A DNA stretch of 51,741 nucleotides, from NCBI RefSeq assembly GCF_001194135.2, contig NC_068981.1:278363-330103 (forward strand). The letters are read 5' to 3'. A program made the position numbers and the translations under genes. Positions within the stretch are counted from its first letter, which is position 1. The number at the start of each line of letters is the position of its first letter. Shown in pieces: positions 37,455 to 48,761 of the stretch. Under the pieces are notes generated by a model. That model was not told where the DNA came from, searched no databases, and saw only the letters and a list, made by a program, of their open reading frames with translations. The DNA comes from Octopus bimaculoides (Eukaryota).

Positions 37455-37832
37455 CGGTTATGTTGTTGTTGGCACTCTGTCGGTTACGACGACGATGGTT
37501 CCAGTTGATCCGATCAACGGAACAGCCTGCTCGTGAAATTAACGTGCAAGTGGCTGAGCACTCCACAGACACGTGTACCCTTAACGTAGTTCTCGGGGAT
37601 ATTCAGCGTGACACAGTGTGACATGGCTGACCCTTTGAATTACAGGCACAACAGAAACAGGAAGTAAGAGTGAGAGAAAGTTGTGGTGAAAGAGTACAGC
37701 AGGGTTCGCCACCACCCCCTGCCGGAGCCTCGTGGAGTTTTAGGTGTTTTCGCTCAATAAACGCTCACAACGCCCGGTCTGGGAATCGAAACCGCTATCC
37801 TATGACCGCGAGTCGGTTGCCCTAACCACTGG
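37455..37832 (-). mobile_element. tRNA-derived SINE family C, 5' end truncated by the adjacent element
   Basis: Revcomp: ccagtggttagggcaaccgactcgcggtcataggatagcggtttcgattcccagacc...aagggtacacgtgtctgtggagtgctcagccacttgcacg...gtcgtcgtaaccgacagagtgcc. Confidence 0.88.
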
Positions 37833-37922
37833 ATATTTGTCCTCATCTTGTTATTATTGACGTAGTGGTTAAGAGCGCGGGCTACTAATCCCCAAGATTC
37901 CGAGTTCGATTCCAGGCAGTGA

Positions 37923-37974
<52 letters not shown>

Positions 37975-38130
37975 CAAATAACATCGAAAAATACCTTAGG
38001 AACGAGAACCCAGTTTCGAAATTTCCCCAAGACATCTGATGAAGGCTGGAGGGTATATCAGCCGAAATGTTGAGTTAACAACAAACAAGATGAGGACAAA
38101 TATCCGTCAAATGTAAATAATATAAATAAT
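37831..38130 (+). mobile_element. tRNA-headed element with internal (AAT)n, a hammerhead-like tail and an inverted 22-bp terminal copy
   Basis: Head gacgtagtggttaagagcgcgggctactaatcccc...gagttcgattcc (A and B boxes). Hammerhead-like 38031-38076. ggatatttgtcctcatcttgtt (37831-37852) is the exact revcomp of 38084-38105. Confidence 0.7.
38031..38076 (+). ncRNA. Minimal hammerhead-like motif, partly decayed
   Basis: GACAU-CUGAUGA-A-GGCUG(GAGGGUAUAU)CAGCC-GAAA-UGUU-GAGUU: canonical CUGAUGA, perfect 5-bp stem II then GAAA. Stems I and III are a few substitutions from GACAC/GUGUU and ACGU. Confidence 0.55.
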
Positions 38131-39250
38131 GTATATATTATTTTATTGAAACTTATACTTGGATCGTCAGACAGTGGTGAGTGATGAGAGTGATGCAGTA
38201 GTTGTAATTATTTATAAATAACCGTGATTGCATAACGATTTATGCATTGTTCTGAATACCCATGACTCTGACGATCGATTATCTGAAACACCAAATAAAA
38301 GTTTCTGATTTCGTTTCAGCATCAATAAACACGATTTTGCTCTTACATTTGTTATTCAAGTTCTACTTCGTCCACCTTGTTTTGCACCTATGTTCTCACA
38401 TGTGTGCATATGCATATATATTGCATATATATGCATGTATGGTTCATACATGCTCTCTATTCTTAAAAGTTATTGAAATACTTCCATCGAGGAAGCACCT
38501 GGTTTCCTACGAGAATTACAAAGATCCATCGCTGGAATGCAGATAACAAAAACAATGTCACATTTTAAACTTGAGAAAATTCTTGCATATTTTTACTGTT
38601 TTTGTTTTTTTCTATTCTAGGCACAAGGTCCGAAATTTTGGGGGAGGGGGCCAGTCGATTAGGTCGCCAACGATCCACATGTGGTTACATTTTGAATATA
38701 TATATATATACATATATATATACATAAATATATATATATATATATATANNNNNNNNNNNNNNNNNNNNNNNNNNNNNNNNNNNNNNNNNNNNNNNNNNNN
38801 NNNNNNNNNNNNNNNNNNNNNNNNNNNNNNNNNNNNNNNNNNNNNNNNNNNNNNNNNNNNNNNNNNNNNNNNNNNNNNNNNNNNNNNNNNNNNNNNNNNN
38901 NNNNNNNNNNNNNNNNNNNNNNNNNNNNNNNNNNNNNNNNNNNNNNNNNNNNNNNNNNNNNNNNNNNNNNNNNNNNNNNNNNNNNNNNNNNNNNNNNNNN
39001 NNNNNNNNNNNNNNNNNNNNNNNNNNNNGAATGAATAAATAAATAAATGTCCCTAACAACGCACCTTCAATTTCTGTGGCGCTAATCACCATTAAGATCA
39101 ATTTGTTTCTGAAGGTACGAACGATAATCTATCGGAATATCGTAATAAATCCAACTGTTTGTTCCTCATTCTAAATAAAACCTGAAGCAATTTAGAATAG
39201 CAGTGTTTTTTTGTTCTTAAAATACACTTCGAAACATCTGAAAGTAGAAT

Positions 39251-39635
39251 GGTTGGCACTCCGTCGGTTACGACGACGAGGGCTCCAGTTGATCCGATCA
39301 ACGGAACAGCTTGCTCGTGAAATTAACGTGCAAGTGGCTGAGCACTCCACAGACACGTGTACTCTTAACGTAGTTCTCGTGGGTGATTCAGCGTGACACA
39401 GAACATGAGAAAGCTGGCCCTTTGAAATACAGGTACAGCAAAAACAGGAAGAAAGCGCGAGAGGAAGTTGTGGTGAAAGAGTACAGCAGGGTTCGCCACC
39501 ATCCCTTACAGGAGTCTTGTGGAACTTTAGGTCTTTTCGCTCAATAAACACTCACAACGCCCGGTCTGGGAATCGAAACCACAGTCCTATGACCGCGAGT
39601 CCGCTGCCCTAACCACTGGGCCATTGCGCCTCCAC
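39251..39635 (-). mobile_element. SINE family C, full length, with an 11-bp TSD (GAAAGTAGAAT)
   Basis: TSD at 39240-39250 and 39636-39646; head revcomp gtggaggcgcaatggcccagtggttagggcagcggactcgcgg. Confidence 0.93.
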
Positions 39636-39726
39636 GAAAGTAGAATACAAACTTATATCTCATACGTTAAGTTTTGACTTAAAAAAACCATTTGCAGACG
39701 TCATCTCATAATATTGGTTTCTGAAT

Positions 39727-40160
39727 TAAGGCGGCCAGCTGCCAGAAACGTTAGGGGGCCGGGCAAACTGCTTAGCGGTACTTCGTCTGCCGCTACGTTC
39801 TGAGTTCAAATTCCGCCGAGGTCGAATTTGCCGTTCATCCTTTCGAGGTCGATAAATTAAGTGTCAGTTATGCACTGGGGTCGATGTAATCAACTTAATC
39901 CCTTTGTATGTCCTTGTTTGTCCCTTCTATGTTTAGCCCCTTGTGGGCAATAAAGAAATAAGAAACGTTAGCACGCAGGGCGAAATGCTTAGCGGTATTT
40001 CGTCTGTCTTTACTTTCTGAGTTCAAATTCCACCGAGGTCGAGTTTGCCTTTCATCCTTTCAAGATCGATAAATTAAGTACCAGTTGCGTACTGGGGTCT
40101 ATCTAATCGACTGACCTCCCCTCTCCCCAAATTTCGGGACTTGTGCCTTGAGTAGAAAAT
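39727..40160 (+). mobile_element. Two abutting SINE family B copies with different 3' tails
   Basis: The first ends ...ccccttgtgggcaataaagaaataagaaa. The second starts cgttagcacgcagggcgaaatgc and ends cttgtgccttgagtagaaaa. Confidence 0.9.
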
Positions 40161-40374
40161 AATATATCACATTAGACCACAAATCGCTACGTTAATTAAT
40201 CTCCACTCTCCCGTAATAAACAGCAAAACACTGCAATACACTGCACGATAATAGCAGTTCATCTTTGCCGTTGGTCAAACGTCTGATCTCCAAGATTAAC
40301 TGTCTGATAGCACCGATTGATTGCAAACTTGTTGATTGACTTTTCTAAATATATATATGCATTAACACCCCGCC

Positions 40375-40630
40375 TCTCCCACCTCTCTCTTTCCGTTTAT
40401 CTTTCTTTTTCTTTCTTTCTCTCCTTCGTTCTTTCTTTCTTTCCTTCTTTCTTTTTTCTTTTTGTACCTTTCTCTATTTCGTTCTTTCTCAATTTTACCT
40501 TCCTTCTTTCCTTCCTTCCTCTCTCTTCCCTCTCTTCCTTTCTATTTCCCTCTCTCTCCCTCCTCCTCTCTCTCTCCCTCCTCCTCCTCCCCCCCCATCT
40601 CTGTTTTTTTCCTCTCCTTACCTTCCATCT
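40375..40630. repeat. T/C-rich low-complexity tract
   Basis: Direct reading. Confidence 0.85.
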
Positions 40631-41617
40631 TTGTATGGCTCACTTTTTATTACTGCCTCACTTAATCCACAGCACACTACAATACCCTGCATGCGACATA
40701 GATCCCTTCCAATCGGCTACAACACTCTGCTCTACATACCGCCAGGAATAACGATAAACTACCCAAAATGCAACGAAACCTGAATCTCTATGCATATACA
40801 AGCATAAATATATCTTTCTATAGAGTAGCCGGAAACAATAATAAAGCAAGTTAAAATATAGTTCCATGCTTTTCGTAGTAAATTATATTTAGTGTGACTT
40901 AACAGAGATTTCATAAATAAATAGCAGACAGCTCGCGGTTAAAGAATAAAGAGAAATACATGAAGGGGAGAGAAAGTAAAAGAAGAAAGTCTAGTTGTTC
41001 TTTATTGCTTTCTTTCTTTTTTTCTTATCAGAAGGAAGTAAATATATAAAAGAGAAAAGAATAAATAAGAGAGAAACTAACGAAACGATGAAAGGTAATG
41101 AAACGTGATGATGTGAATGCAAGCGAAAATCTTAAAAAAAATTATAGTCGAAATAGCCCTGCGGGTGAGAAAGGAAGGATTAATGTGGGACATTAGCGAA
41201 AATAACTGAGTTTTGTGGCCCTGCAGAACCAGGTTCAGGAACTTTCAGCTTATAGCAGTGAAGCTTGATGCTTGTAATTAGCTATTGATTTTCTTCGTTT
41301 AATTTTTTTTTAGTTGATATTTAAGTGGTAGGCTAGCAAAAATGAACGACCTTAATTGATTGGAGCAATCAAATTAGACGGCAAAACAAAAGTGAAAATG
41401 AAACATCAACGAACGAATGAAAGAAAGAGGGAAAGAAGAAGGGAAAAGAAATGAAAAAACAGTAACTGAGTTAAAACATGTTAACTAAAATTAGAAGTGA
41501 TGTGAGATAAGTAATAAAAAATGAGCTGCACAAATGCAGAAGGTGAAGAGAAAAAGAATAGGTAGAGACAGACACAAGGAGACAAAGAGAGGGAGAAAGT
41601 GTGAGATAGAGAAAAGT

Positions 41618-41667
<50 letters not shown>

Positions 41668-42024
41668 TGGGGTTAATGAATATATGTTTATAAAAGTCAA
41701 TTAACAAGTTTGCAGTTAATCTATACTAACAAAACAGTTAACCTTGACGATCAAACATTTGACCGAAGGAGGAGATGAGCCAACGATCAGTTGGATGCGA
41801 TCAATATGTGTTTGTCAAGACACACAAATATTAAACGTGGATGATTTTCTAAAGCCGTTGATTGATCTTTGGTTTTTATCTGCGGCTCACTTGAGCAAGG
41901 GATATCTAGATACCAGGAGATATCTAGATGTACCACAGATGTTTTGAAATACAATTCAAGACTTTAGATTATTATCTTGAAAAACGTGTTGTTTATAATT
42001 ACGTTATACGCAAGTCAAGACACG

Positions 42025-42340
42025 TGGTTTAGAGGTTGGGTTATTTTACTCATGATCTTAAGGTCCTGAGTTCGATTCCAGGCGGTGCGTTGTGTCCTTA
42101 AGCAAATAACTCTATTTCACGTTGCTCCAGTTCATTCAGCTGGCAAAAAATGTGTAGTCCCTGTATTTCAAAGGGCCAGCCTTATCACATTCTGTGGCAC
42201 GCTGAATCTCACTGGAAACTACGTTAAGGGTACACATGTCTGTGGAGTACTCAACCACTTGCACGCTGAATTTCATGAGCAGGCTGTTCCGTTGATCGGA
42301 TCAACAGGAACACTCGTCGTCGTAACCGACGGAGAACCAG
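42025..42340 (+). mobile_element. SINE with a tRNA head, a CORE-like segment and the same 3' half as family C
   Basis: gagttcgattcc B box; ttgtgtccttaagcaaata...cacgttgctccagttcattcagctgg; then aagggtacacatgtctgtggagtactcaaccacttgcacg...gtcgtcgtaaccgacgga. Confidence 0.8.
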
Positions 42341-42408
42341 TATACGCAAGTATAGGTGTAGGGCTGGCTGGGACTGAATATGAGAGACGGACACTGTCGG
42401 AAACTCAC

Positions 42409-42439
<31 letters not shown>

Positions 42440-43972
42440 NNNNNNNNNNNNNNNNNNNNNNNNNNNNNNNNNNNNNNNNNNNNNNNNNNNNNNNNNNNNN
42501 NNNNNNNNNNNNNNNNNNNNNNNNNNNNNNNNNNNNNNNNNNNNNNNNNNNNNNNNNNNNNNNNNNNNNNNNNNNNNNNNNNNNNNNNNNNNNNNNNNNN
42601 NNNNNNNNNNNNNNNNNNNNNNNNNNNNNNNNNNNNNNNNNNNNNNNNNNNNNNNNNNNNNNNNNNNNNNNNNNNNNNNNNNNNNNNNNNNNNNNNNNNN
42701 NNNNNNNNNNNNNNNNNNNNNNNNNNNNNNNNNNNNNNNNNNNNNNNNNNNNNNNNNNNNNNNNNNNNNNNNNNNNNNNNNNNNNNNNNNNNNNNNNNNN
42801 NNTATATATGTATATATATATATACACATGTGTGTGTTTGTGTTTGTTCCTTACCGTTTGGATACCAGTAAAGGATTCTTAGCAGGTCAGCAAAAAGAAA
42901 CCGATACAATAAGCACATGAAAAAGGTTACTTACTGCGGGAGTGGGGGTGATGGTGGGGGGGGGGTCGTATTTAATCAGCTGAAAATTTTGAAAGTATGG
43001 CTGCCTATTTTATGTGAAGTGCATTGTTATCTTTCCTGTTTGATTCTCAGAGCATTACGAAATATGGCGGACACCAAACAATTAGTGTATACAAAAAACG
43101 TCAATTCTCAACTTGGTGATTAAAGATGTAAATAAAAATTCATGAATAATAAAACGAATATATTCAGCTTATAAATTCTCTCATTAGTTCTATTTGTCTT
43201 GCTTTAGATGCTTTAGAATCTTCATGATTCTTTCATTACTTTAGCAAATATAGTGAAGTTTATGCACTACTGACAAGACCATAATAATGCTGAAACATGA
43301 CTCGAGTTGTCTCCCAAACTACTTGCGGCTATTTGCAGCCAATTAGAATATCAAAGGTTGTATGTCTATGTTTAAGGCAAAGAGCTAATGTTTCTATGTA
43401 TAACATCGACCGTTCGGCCAGAAAACTGGCCTCTATCAATTCGAACAGGTGTGATCTACGTCATAGATATTGAGTAGGTATTCTCATCATATCTTGTATG
43501 TAACCACCATGTCTGCCTGATCAAGAAATTGTTTAACTATGTTATTACTTCTAAGATATTCTGTCGATGAGTTATCTGTAAGGTTAATATCTCGATATTC
43601 ACTTTTCTTCATTGAAGTTTTTTTTCCATCAACTGTCACTTGGAAAAGTGTTCTGTATCGGAGAGTGTGGGAGAAGAATTGCTGTTAGATAAACCTGTTA
43701 TGACTTAATGTAAATCATTGATGGACGTGGGGTTAGCCGTTGGTTCAATTTAATTATTTTAACATTACAGTGATGTTGGCAATATACTAAGGCGTTTCTT
43801 TAGCTCGTTTTAAGAAGCTTAGTTCAACTACAAGTTTATTTTCTCAGGGGAGAAAAGTTTAATTTAGCCAGATATTTCGATTAATCGAGGTCAAAATTTC
43901 GTTTAGTTCAAATGGAAGTTTAAATTACTCCTGGGGAAAATTACAATTACTCGAAGCACTTAAGATTAGCTT

Positions 43973-44095
43973 AGAAGAAGAAGAAGAAGAAGAAGAAGAA
44001 GAAGAAGAAGAAGAAGAAGAAGAAGAAGAAGAAGAAGAAGAAGAAGAAGAATGATGATGATGATGATGATGATGATAACAATAATAATAATAGTA
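43973..44095. repeat. (AAG)n, then (ATG)n and (AAT)n
   Basis: About 26 AAG units, read directly. Confidence 0.95.
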
Positions 44096-44494
44096 AAAAT
44101 TTCATACTTAAGATGTACGTTATATCAATCCAGTAGAAGTTTAAATTAATTTGGATTAGAAGCTATGCAATTAGTTTAAGTAACATTTTAATTGTTTCGC
44201 TTTCATAGTTATGTTGTTCCCTCGGAATTCAAATAAAATTATAATCAAGGAATTGTATCTTGATCGTTGTAATGTAGTTATGGTCTATTAAGAATCAGAT
44301 ATACGGTCTTCTGTCTGCAAGTTTAGGCTAGGATTTACTCAACAGAAATTCGTGTCAGCATTTTTAAAATATCGAAATAATAAAAGTTACAAAAATATTT
44401 TGTTGCGTAACTGAATTTTCAAAACAGTTTGTACGATAAGATGATTATTATTTCGTTAAATATACGTCAAACAGTTTTGTATTATTTTAAGGAC

Positions 44495-45365
44495 CTAGGG
44501 CGGTGAGTTGGCAGAATCGTTAGCACGCTGGACGAAATGCTTAGCGGTATTTCGCCCGTCGCTACGTTCCGAGTTCAAATTCCGCCGAGGTAGACTTTGT
44601 CTTTCATCCTTTCGGGGTGGATACATTTAGTACCAGTTACGCACTGGGGTCGATGTAATCGATTATTCCCCCTCCCCCAAATTTCAGGCCTTGTCTTTCT
44701 AGTAGAGTGTGATGGCAGAATCGTTTGCATGCTTTACGTTCAGAGTTCAAATTCCACCTAGGTTGACTTTGCTTTTCATCTTTTCGGGGTCGATAATATA
44801 AGTACCAAATGAACACTGGGGTCGATGTAACCGTCCTGTCCCCTCACCTGAAATTGCTGGCTTTGTGCCAACATTTGAAAGCATTATATTATTATGTGGA
44901 CCTAAATAGAATATACTAGAAGAATCGTTATAGAATTGGCAAAATACTTTGCGATATTTTTTCTGACGGTTGGCATTCTGAGTTCAAATCGCACCGGTGT
45001 CAATTTTGCTTTTCATTCTTTTGGGGTAGAAAAATATAGTACAAGTCAAATATTAGGGTCAATAGCATCAAGTAATTCATCTCCCATGTTAATTGCTGGC
45101 CATGTTCTTAAATGAGGAAACATTTTCTTTATAGACCCAAATGCGGCATGTTGACAAAATCGTTAGAGTGTCGGGAAAATGCTTTGTGGTATTTGTTCTG
45201 ACCGCTTACATCTCGAGTTCAAATTCCGTCGAGGCCAGTTTTGTCTTTCATCCTTTCAGGGATTGATAAAAATGAAGTATCAGCTATCATTCTTGTTTTG
45301 GATTCGATCTGATCGAGTGACACCCACTCCGCTTCAAAATTGCTGGCCTTGTGCCTTAGTTAAAA
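44495..45365 (+). mobile_element. Four head-to-tail SINE family B copies of differing divergence
   Basis: Starts near 44495, 44711, 44925 and 45143; each has gagttcaaat, tttcat(c/t)ctttc/tgggg and gc(c/t)ttgtg motifs. Confidence 0.8.
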
Positions 45366-45821
45366 ATCGTTATTTTATGAACGCAGAAAATAAAGGGATA
45401 TCATTTATTTCTCATGAGGATATGAATGAGAAATCCACAAAATGCAGTCAGATGTTATTGGTTGCTAAAACCTCTGAGAAATACATTTCCGTGATCGATT
45501 AGGAATAGACAGACTCTTAAAAGGTTAGTTCCATTTTAAAATGACCGCAAACTTTTCGCCCTGGGAACGGTAAACAATGTAGGATTAATAACATTTGTAT
45601 GAAAGATTAATAATAAAAGAGATATCGTTTACATTAAGAGCATTTTGTATCACAGAAATAGAACCTTCATGAAGACAAATGAGCTGATAATCCTAATGGC
45701 TTTAAAACGACCGAATAATAAAACAGGAGGTTGGCACCCGTTACTGACGATGCAGATTCGTGTCTCGAATAGTCCGAAGATAATAACTGATAAAACATTT
45801 AATGTTCGTCCATTCGTTTTC

Positions 45822-46030
45822 CTTTGTTTGTTTCAGTTATTAGACTGCGACCATGCTGGGGCACCACCTTGAACAATTTTTAGTCGAATAAATCGACGCT
45901 GGTAGATTTAAAAAAAAAAAAGACTGGTACCTATTCTATCGGTCTGTTTTGCCGAAGCGCTATGTTACGAGGGCAGGAACACACCAATACTGACTGTCAA
46001 GCGATGGTAACGGGACAAATAGAGACATAA
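45822..46030 (-). mobile_element. SINE family A 3' tail
   Basis: tttgtttcagttattagactgcgaccatgctggggcaccacc...ctattctatcggtctgttttgccgaa...tgtcaagcgatgg. Confidence 0.8.
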
Positions 46031-46066
46031 CTACACGCACATCTCTCTCTCTCTCTCTCTCTCTCT

Positions 46067-46104
<38 letters not shown>

Positions 46105-46105
<1 letters not shown>

Positions 46106-46325
46106 TTAGATAAAACTTATATATGTTTCGACCAAAGATTGGTCCAGGTCATGTCTAACTTAATAGCACCACCAGATAGGATTATCTAAATCTTTTTTTA
46201 AAGTCCAGTTTTATGGTATCATGGTCCATTCAAGTAGTGAGTTTTTGTTGAGTGAATTGTATCGAAGTATGGGTGGCTTATCTTGTATTCCTTGAAGAAA
46301 TTTGTCCAGACTCCGTTTATATATC
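46105..46325 (-). mobile_element. 3' end of a CR1/L2-group LINE
   Basis: The - strand reads YKRSLDKFLQGIQDKPPILRYNSLNKNSLLEW*, resembling the FKxxLDKFLxxIPDxP...NSLLDW C-terminus of invertebrate CR1/L2-type ORF2 (from memory). The 3' UTR has a GACCA/TGGTC stem-loop. Confidence 0.55.
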
Positions 46326-46465
46326 ATATATATAATAAAAAATATAAGGATAAAATCTATATGAGATTTTATGAAGTAGCCAGTATGTGAAACCAATTAA
46401 GGAAAAAAATTAATACAAAGTATATAATTTTTCCCTTTATATATAAACTACATTATAATATCTAT

Positions 46466-46696
46466 TTCTTTATTGCCCACAGGGGGTTAAACATAGAGGG
46501 GACAAACAAGGACAGACAAAGAGATTAAGTCGATTACATTGACTCCAGTGCGTAACTGGTACTTATTTAATCGACCCCGAAAGCATGAAACGTAAAGTCG
46601 ACCTCGGCAGAATTTGAACTCAGAATATTGCGGCAGACGAAATACCACTAAGCATTTCGCCCGGCGTGCTAACGTTTTTGCCAGCCTCGCCGCCCT
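46466..46696 (-). mobile_element. SINE family B
   Basis: tatttctttattgcccacagggg...gtcgacctcggcagaatttgaactcag...gcatttcgcccggcgtgctaacg. Confidence 0.92.
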
Positions 46697-46768
46697 ATCA
46701 ACGCCTATTAGTATTCGTAAAAGTCACTCGCTTTAATGGGACTCTAAAGTCAAACTACTAATGTGTAT

Positions 46769-46841
<73 letters not shown>

Positions 46842-47064
46842 NNNNNNNNNNNNNNNNNNNNNNNNNNNNNNNNNNNNNNNNNNNNNNNNNNNNNNNNNNN
46901 NNNNNNNNNNNNNNNNNNNNNNNNNNNNNNNNNNNNNNNNNNNNNNNNNNNNNNNNNNNNNNNNNNNNNNNNNNNNNNNNNNNNNNNNNNNNNNNNNNNN
47001 NNNNNNNNNNNNNNNNNNNNNNNNNNNNNNNNNNNNNNNNNNNNNNNNNNNNNNNAATGTGTAT

Positions 47065-47120
<56 letters not shown>

Positions 47121-47125
<5 letters not shown>

Positions 47126-47266
47126 CGACGGGCTTCTTTCAGTTTCCGTCTACCAAATCTTCTCACAAGCTTTTGGGCGGCTCGAGGCTATAGTAGAAGA
47201 CACTTGTTCAACATGCCACACTGTAGGACTGAACCCGGAACCATGTGGTTGGGAAGCAAACTTCAC
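47121..47266 (-). mobile_element. SINE family A head and body
   Basis: atacgacgggcttctttcagtttccgtctaccaaatc...ggactgaacccggaaccatgtggttgggaagc. Confidence 0.85.
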
Positions 47267-48746
47267 CGACAGTAGGCTGGTACTTATTTTTAGTAGATTG
47301 AAACAAAGTAATATAAAGGGCCTTGCTTAAGGAGAAAAATCGCCACCCGTTCTAAGAATAGAACATACGATCTTATAGTCATGAGTCCAATACACGAAGC
47401 TCGAAGCCACACGCCTTCGCCAGTTATCGTGTATAAGTGACATTTAATAATTTGATAATCACTATGCCATTCAATAAGCTCATTTTCCAACAGCTTTGAA
47501 ACTATATTTCACAAATGGAATATTTAATATCTTGTTTGGAAGTGGGTCAGAACAGGTCAACAAAGATATACTGATACACTGAAGATCTTCGACGAAGGAT
47601 GTACTCTATATCGATGTCTGATATCTCTACATCAGTGGAAATAGCGGAGGTCAGCAGGTATCATGTCTCACATAAATTATGTAGCTTTTCATGTTTTAAC
47701 ACTATTTACGCATGCTTTTACAAAGCTATTTGCTGCTTTTTGTAGCCAGATTGAATGGAACAGTAAAAGTTGTATGTCTATGTTTAAAGCATAGCGAAGA
47801 TCCGATTTCGCTGTATGTATATCACTGACCGTTCGGCTGACAAACGGGTCTCTATCAATTAGAATTCTAATAGAATTGAGTCAATGCTTCAAGATTGATT
47901 CCACTCGAATGATCGACAATATTTAAACTCCGTTCAAAAATACACAGCACACAAATTTATACGAAGAACTGTACTCCATATCAAATAAAGTATCGTAATC
48001 AAATGGAGTAAAATTCTGTCAGTTATATAACTATTGTTAGTTATAAATTCAAACTTGTTACCAGTTCAATATACGTGAGAGATATTTGAACCCGCAAGAG
48101 AGACATTCACTGTGTTTTGTCATGGCGAAAATTTCTCGCCGTAGGCAAATACACTGAGTCAATGTATAGTGTCCCCTAGCCAAACTATAGGATGCATACA
48201 TTTCGGAGTTGTTATCCCCTCTTCAGCCGCAGAGATCGGAAAACCAGACGCTGCGAACGGACACGAGATGCAGATCCCTCTTATGTTATATCTGACATCG
48301 CTCAATGACTAGTTGCGCTATTCAGTTGCTCGCCATGAATAAAATACGGGCTGACAGCGTTAAGCAATAATACGTATCAATACAAATGTGTTACCAGTTC
48401 AAATTTGCTTGGGGGCATATTTGAATCTGTAAGAAAGCTATTTACTATATTTTGTCATGGAGAAAAGTCTCGCTGTTTTTTGTTTCAATTGAACATTTCC
48501 TCTGTTTATAGGATTCTCCACAACCATGTGTGTTTGGCAAAATAACTTTATTTCGGAACAATTTGAAATATGTTTTGGAACAGAAACACAGAAACTGTTC
48601 TTTTCCTTCATTATATAAAATAAAGCATTCGATTAAATTAATATTCTAACAACATTGCAACTGTCATGCTCTGTCAGCTGAAAGAAGATACACCTGATAT
48701 TTACTAGACAATAGTTTTATTTTTATCTCATCATTTCAACTTTTAG

Positions 48747-48761
48747 GTCCGACTGCTGCAG
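48747..48761 (+). CDS. Candidate 15-nt phase-1/phase-1 microexon of the 15008 gene (G-P-T-A-A)
   Basis: T-rich tract ...tcatttcaacttttAG|GTCCGACTGCTGCAG|GTGAGG. Length is a multiple of 3, and it is open and in phase with the upstream donor. Confidence 0.3.

Noticed and set aside
46115-46160. GACCA/TGGTC stem followed by GAAAC, resembling a hammerhead stem II
   Set aside because: No CUGANGA upstream; better explained as the 3' UTR stem-loop of the adjoining LINE end.
46755-47125. Same aatgtgtatacatac(ac)n(at)n sequence on both sides of a gap (similarly 18630-18800)
   Set aside because: Most likely overlapping contig ends left unmerged, i.e. an assembly artefact rather than a duplication.
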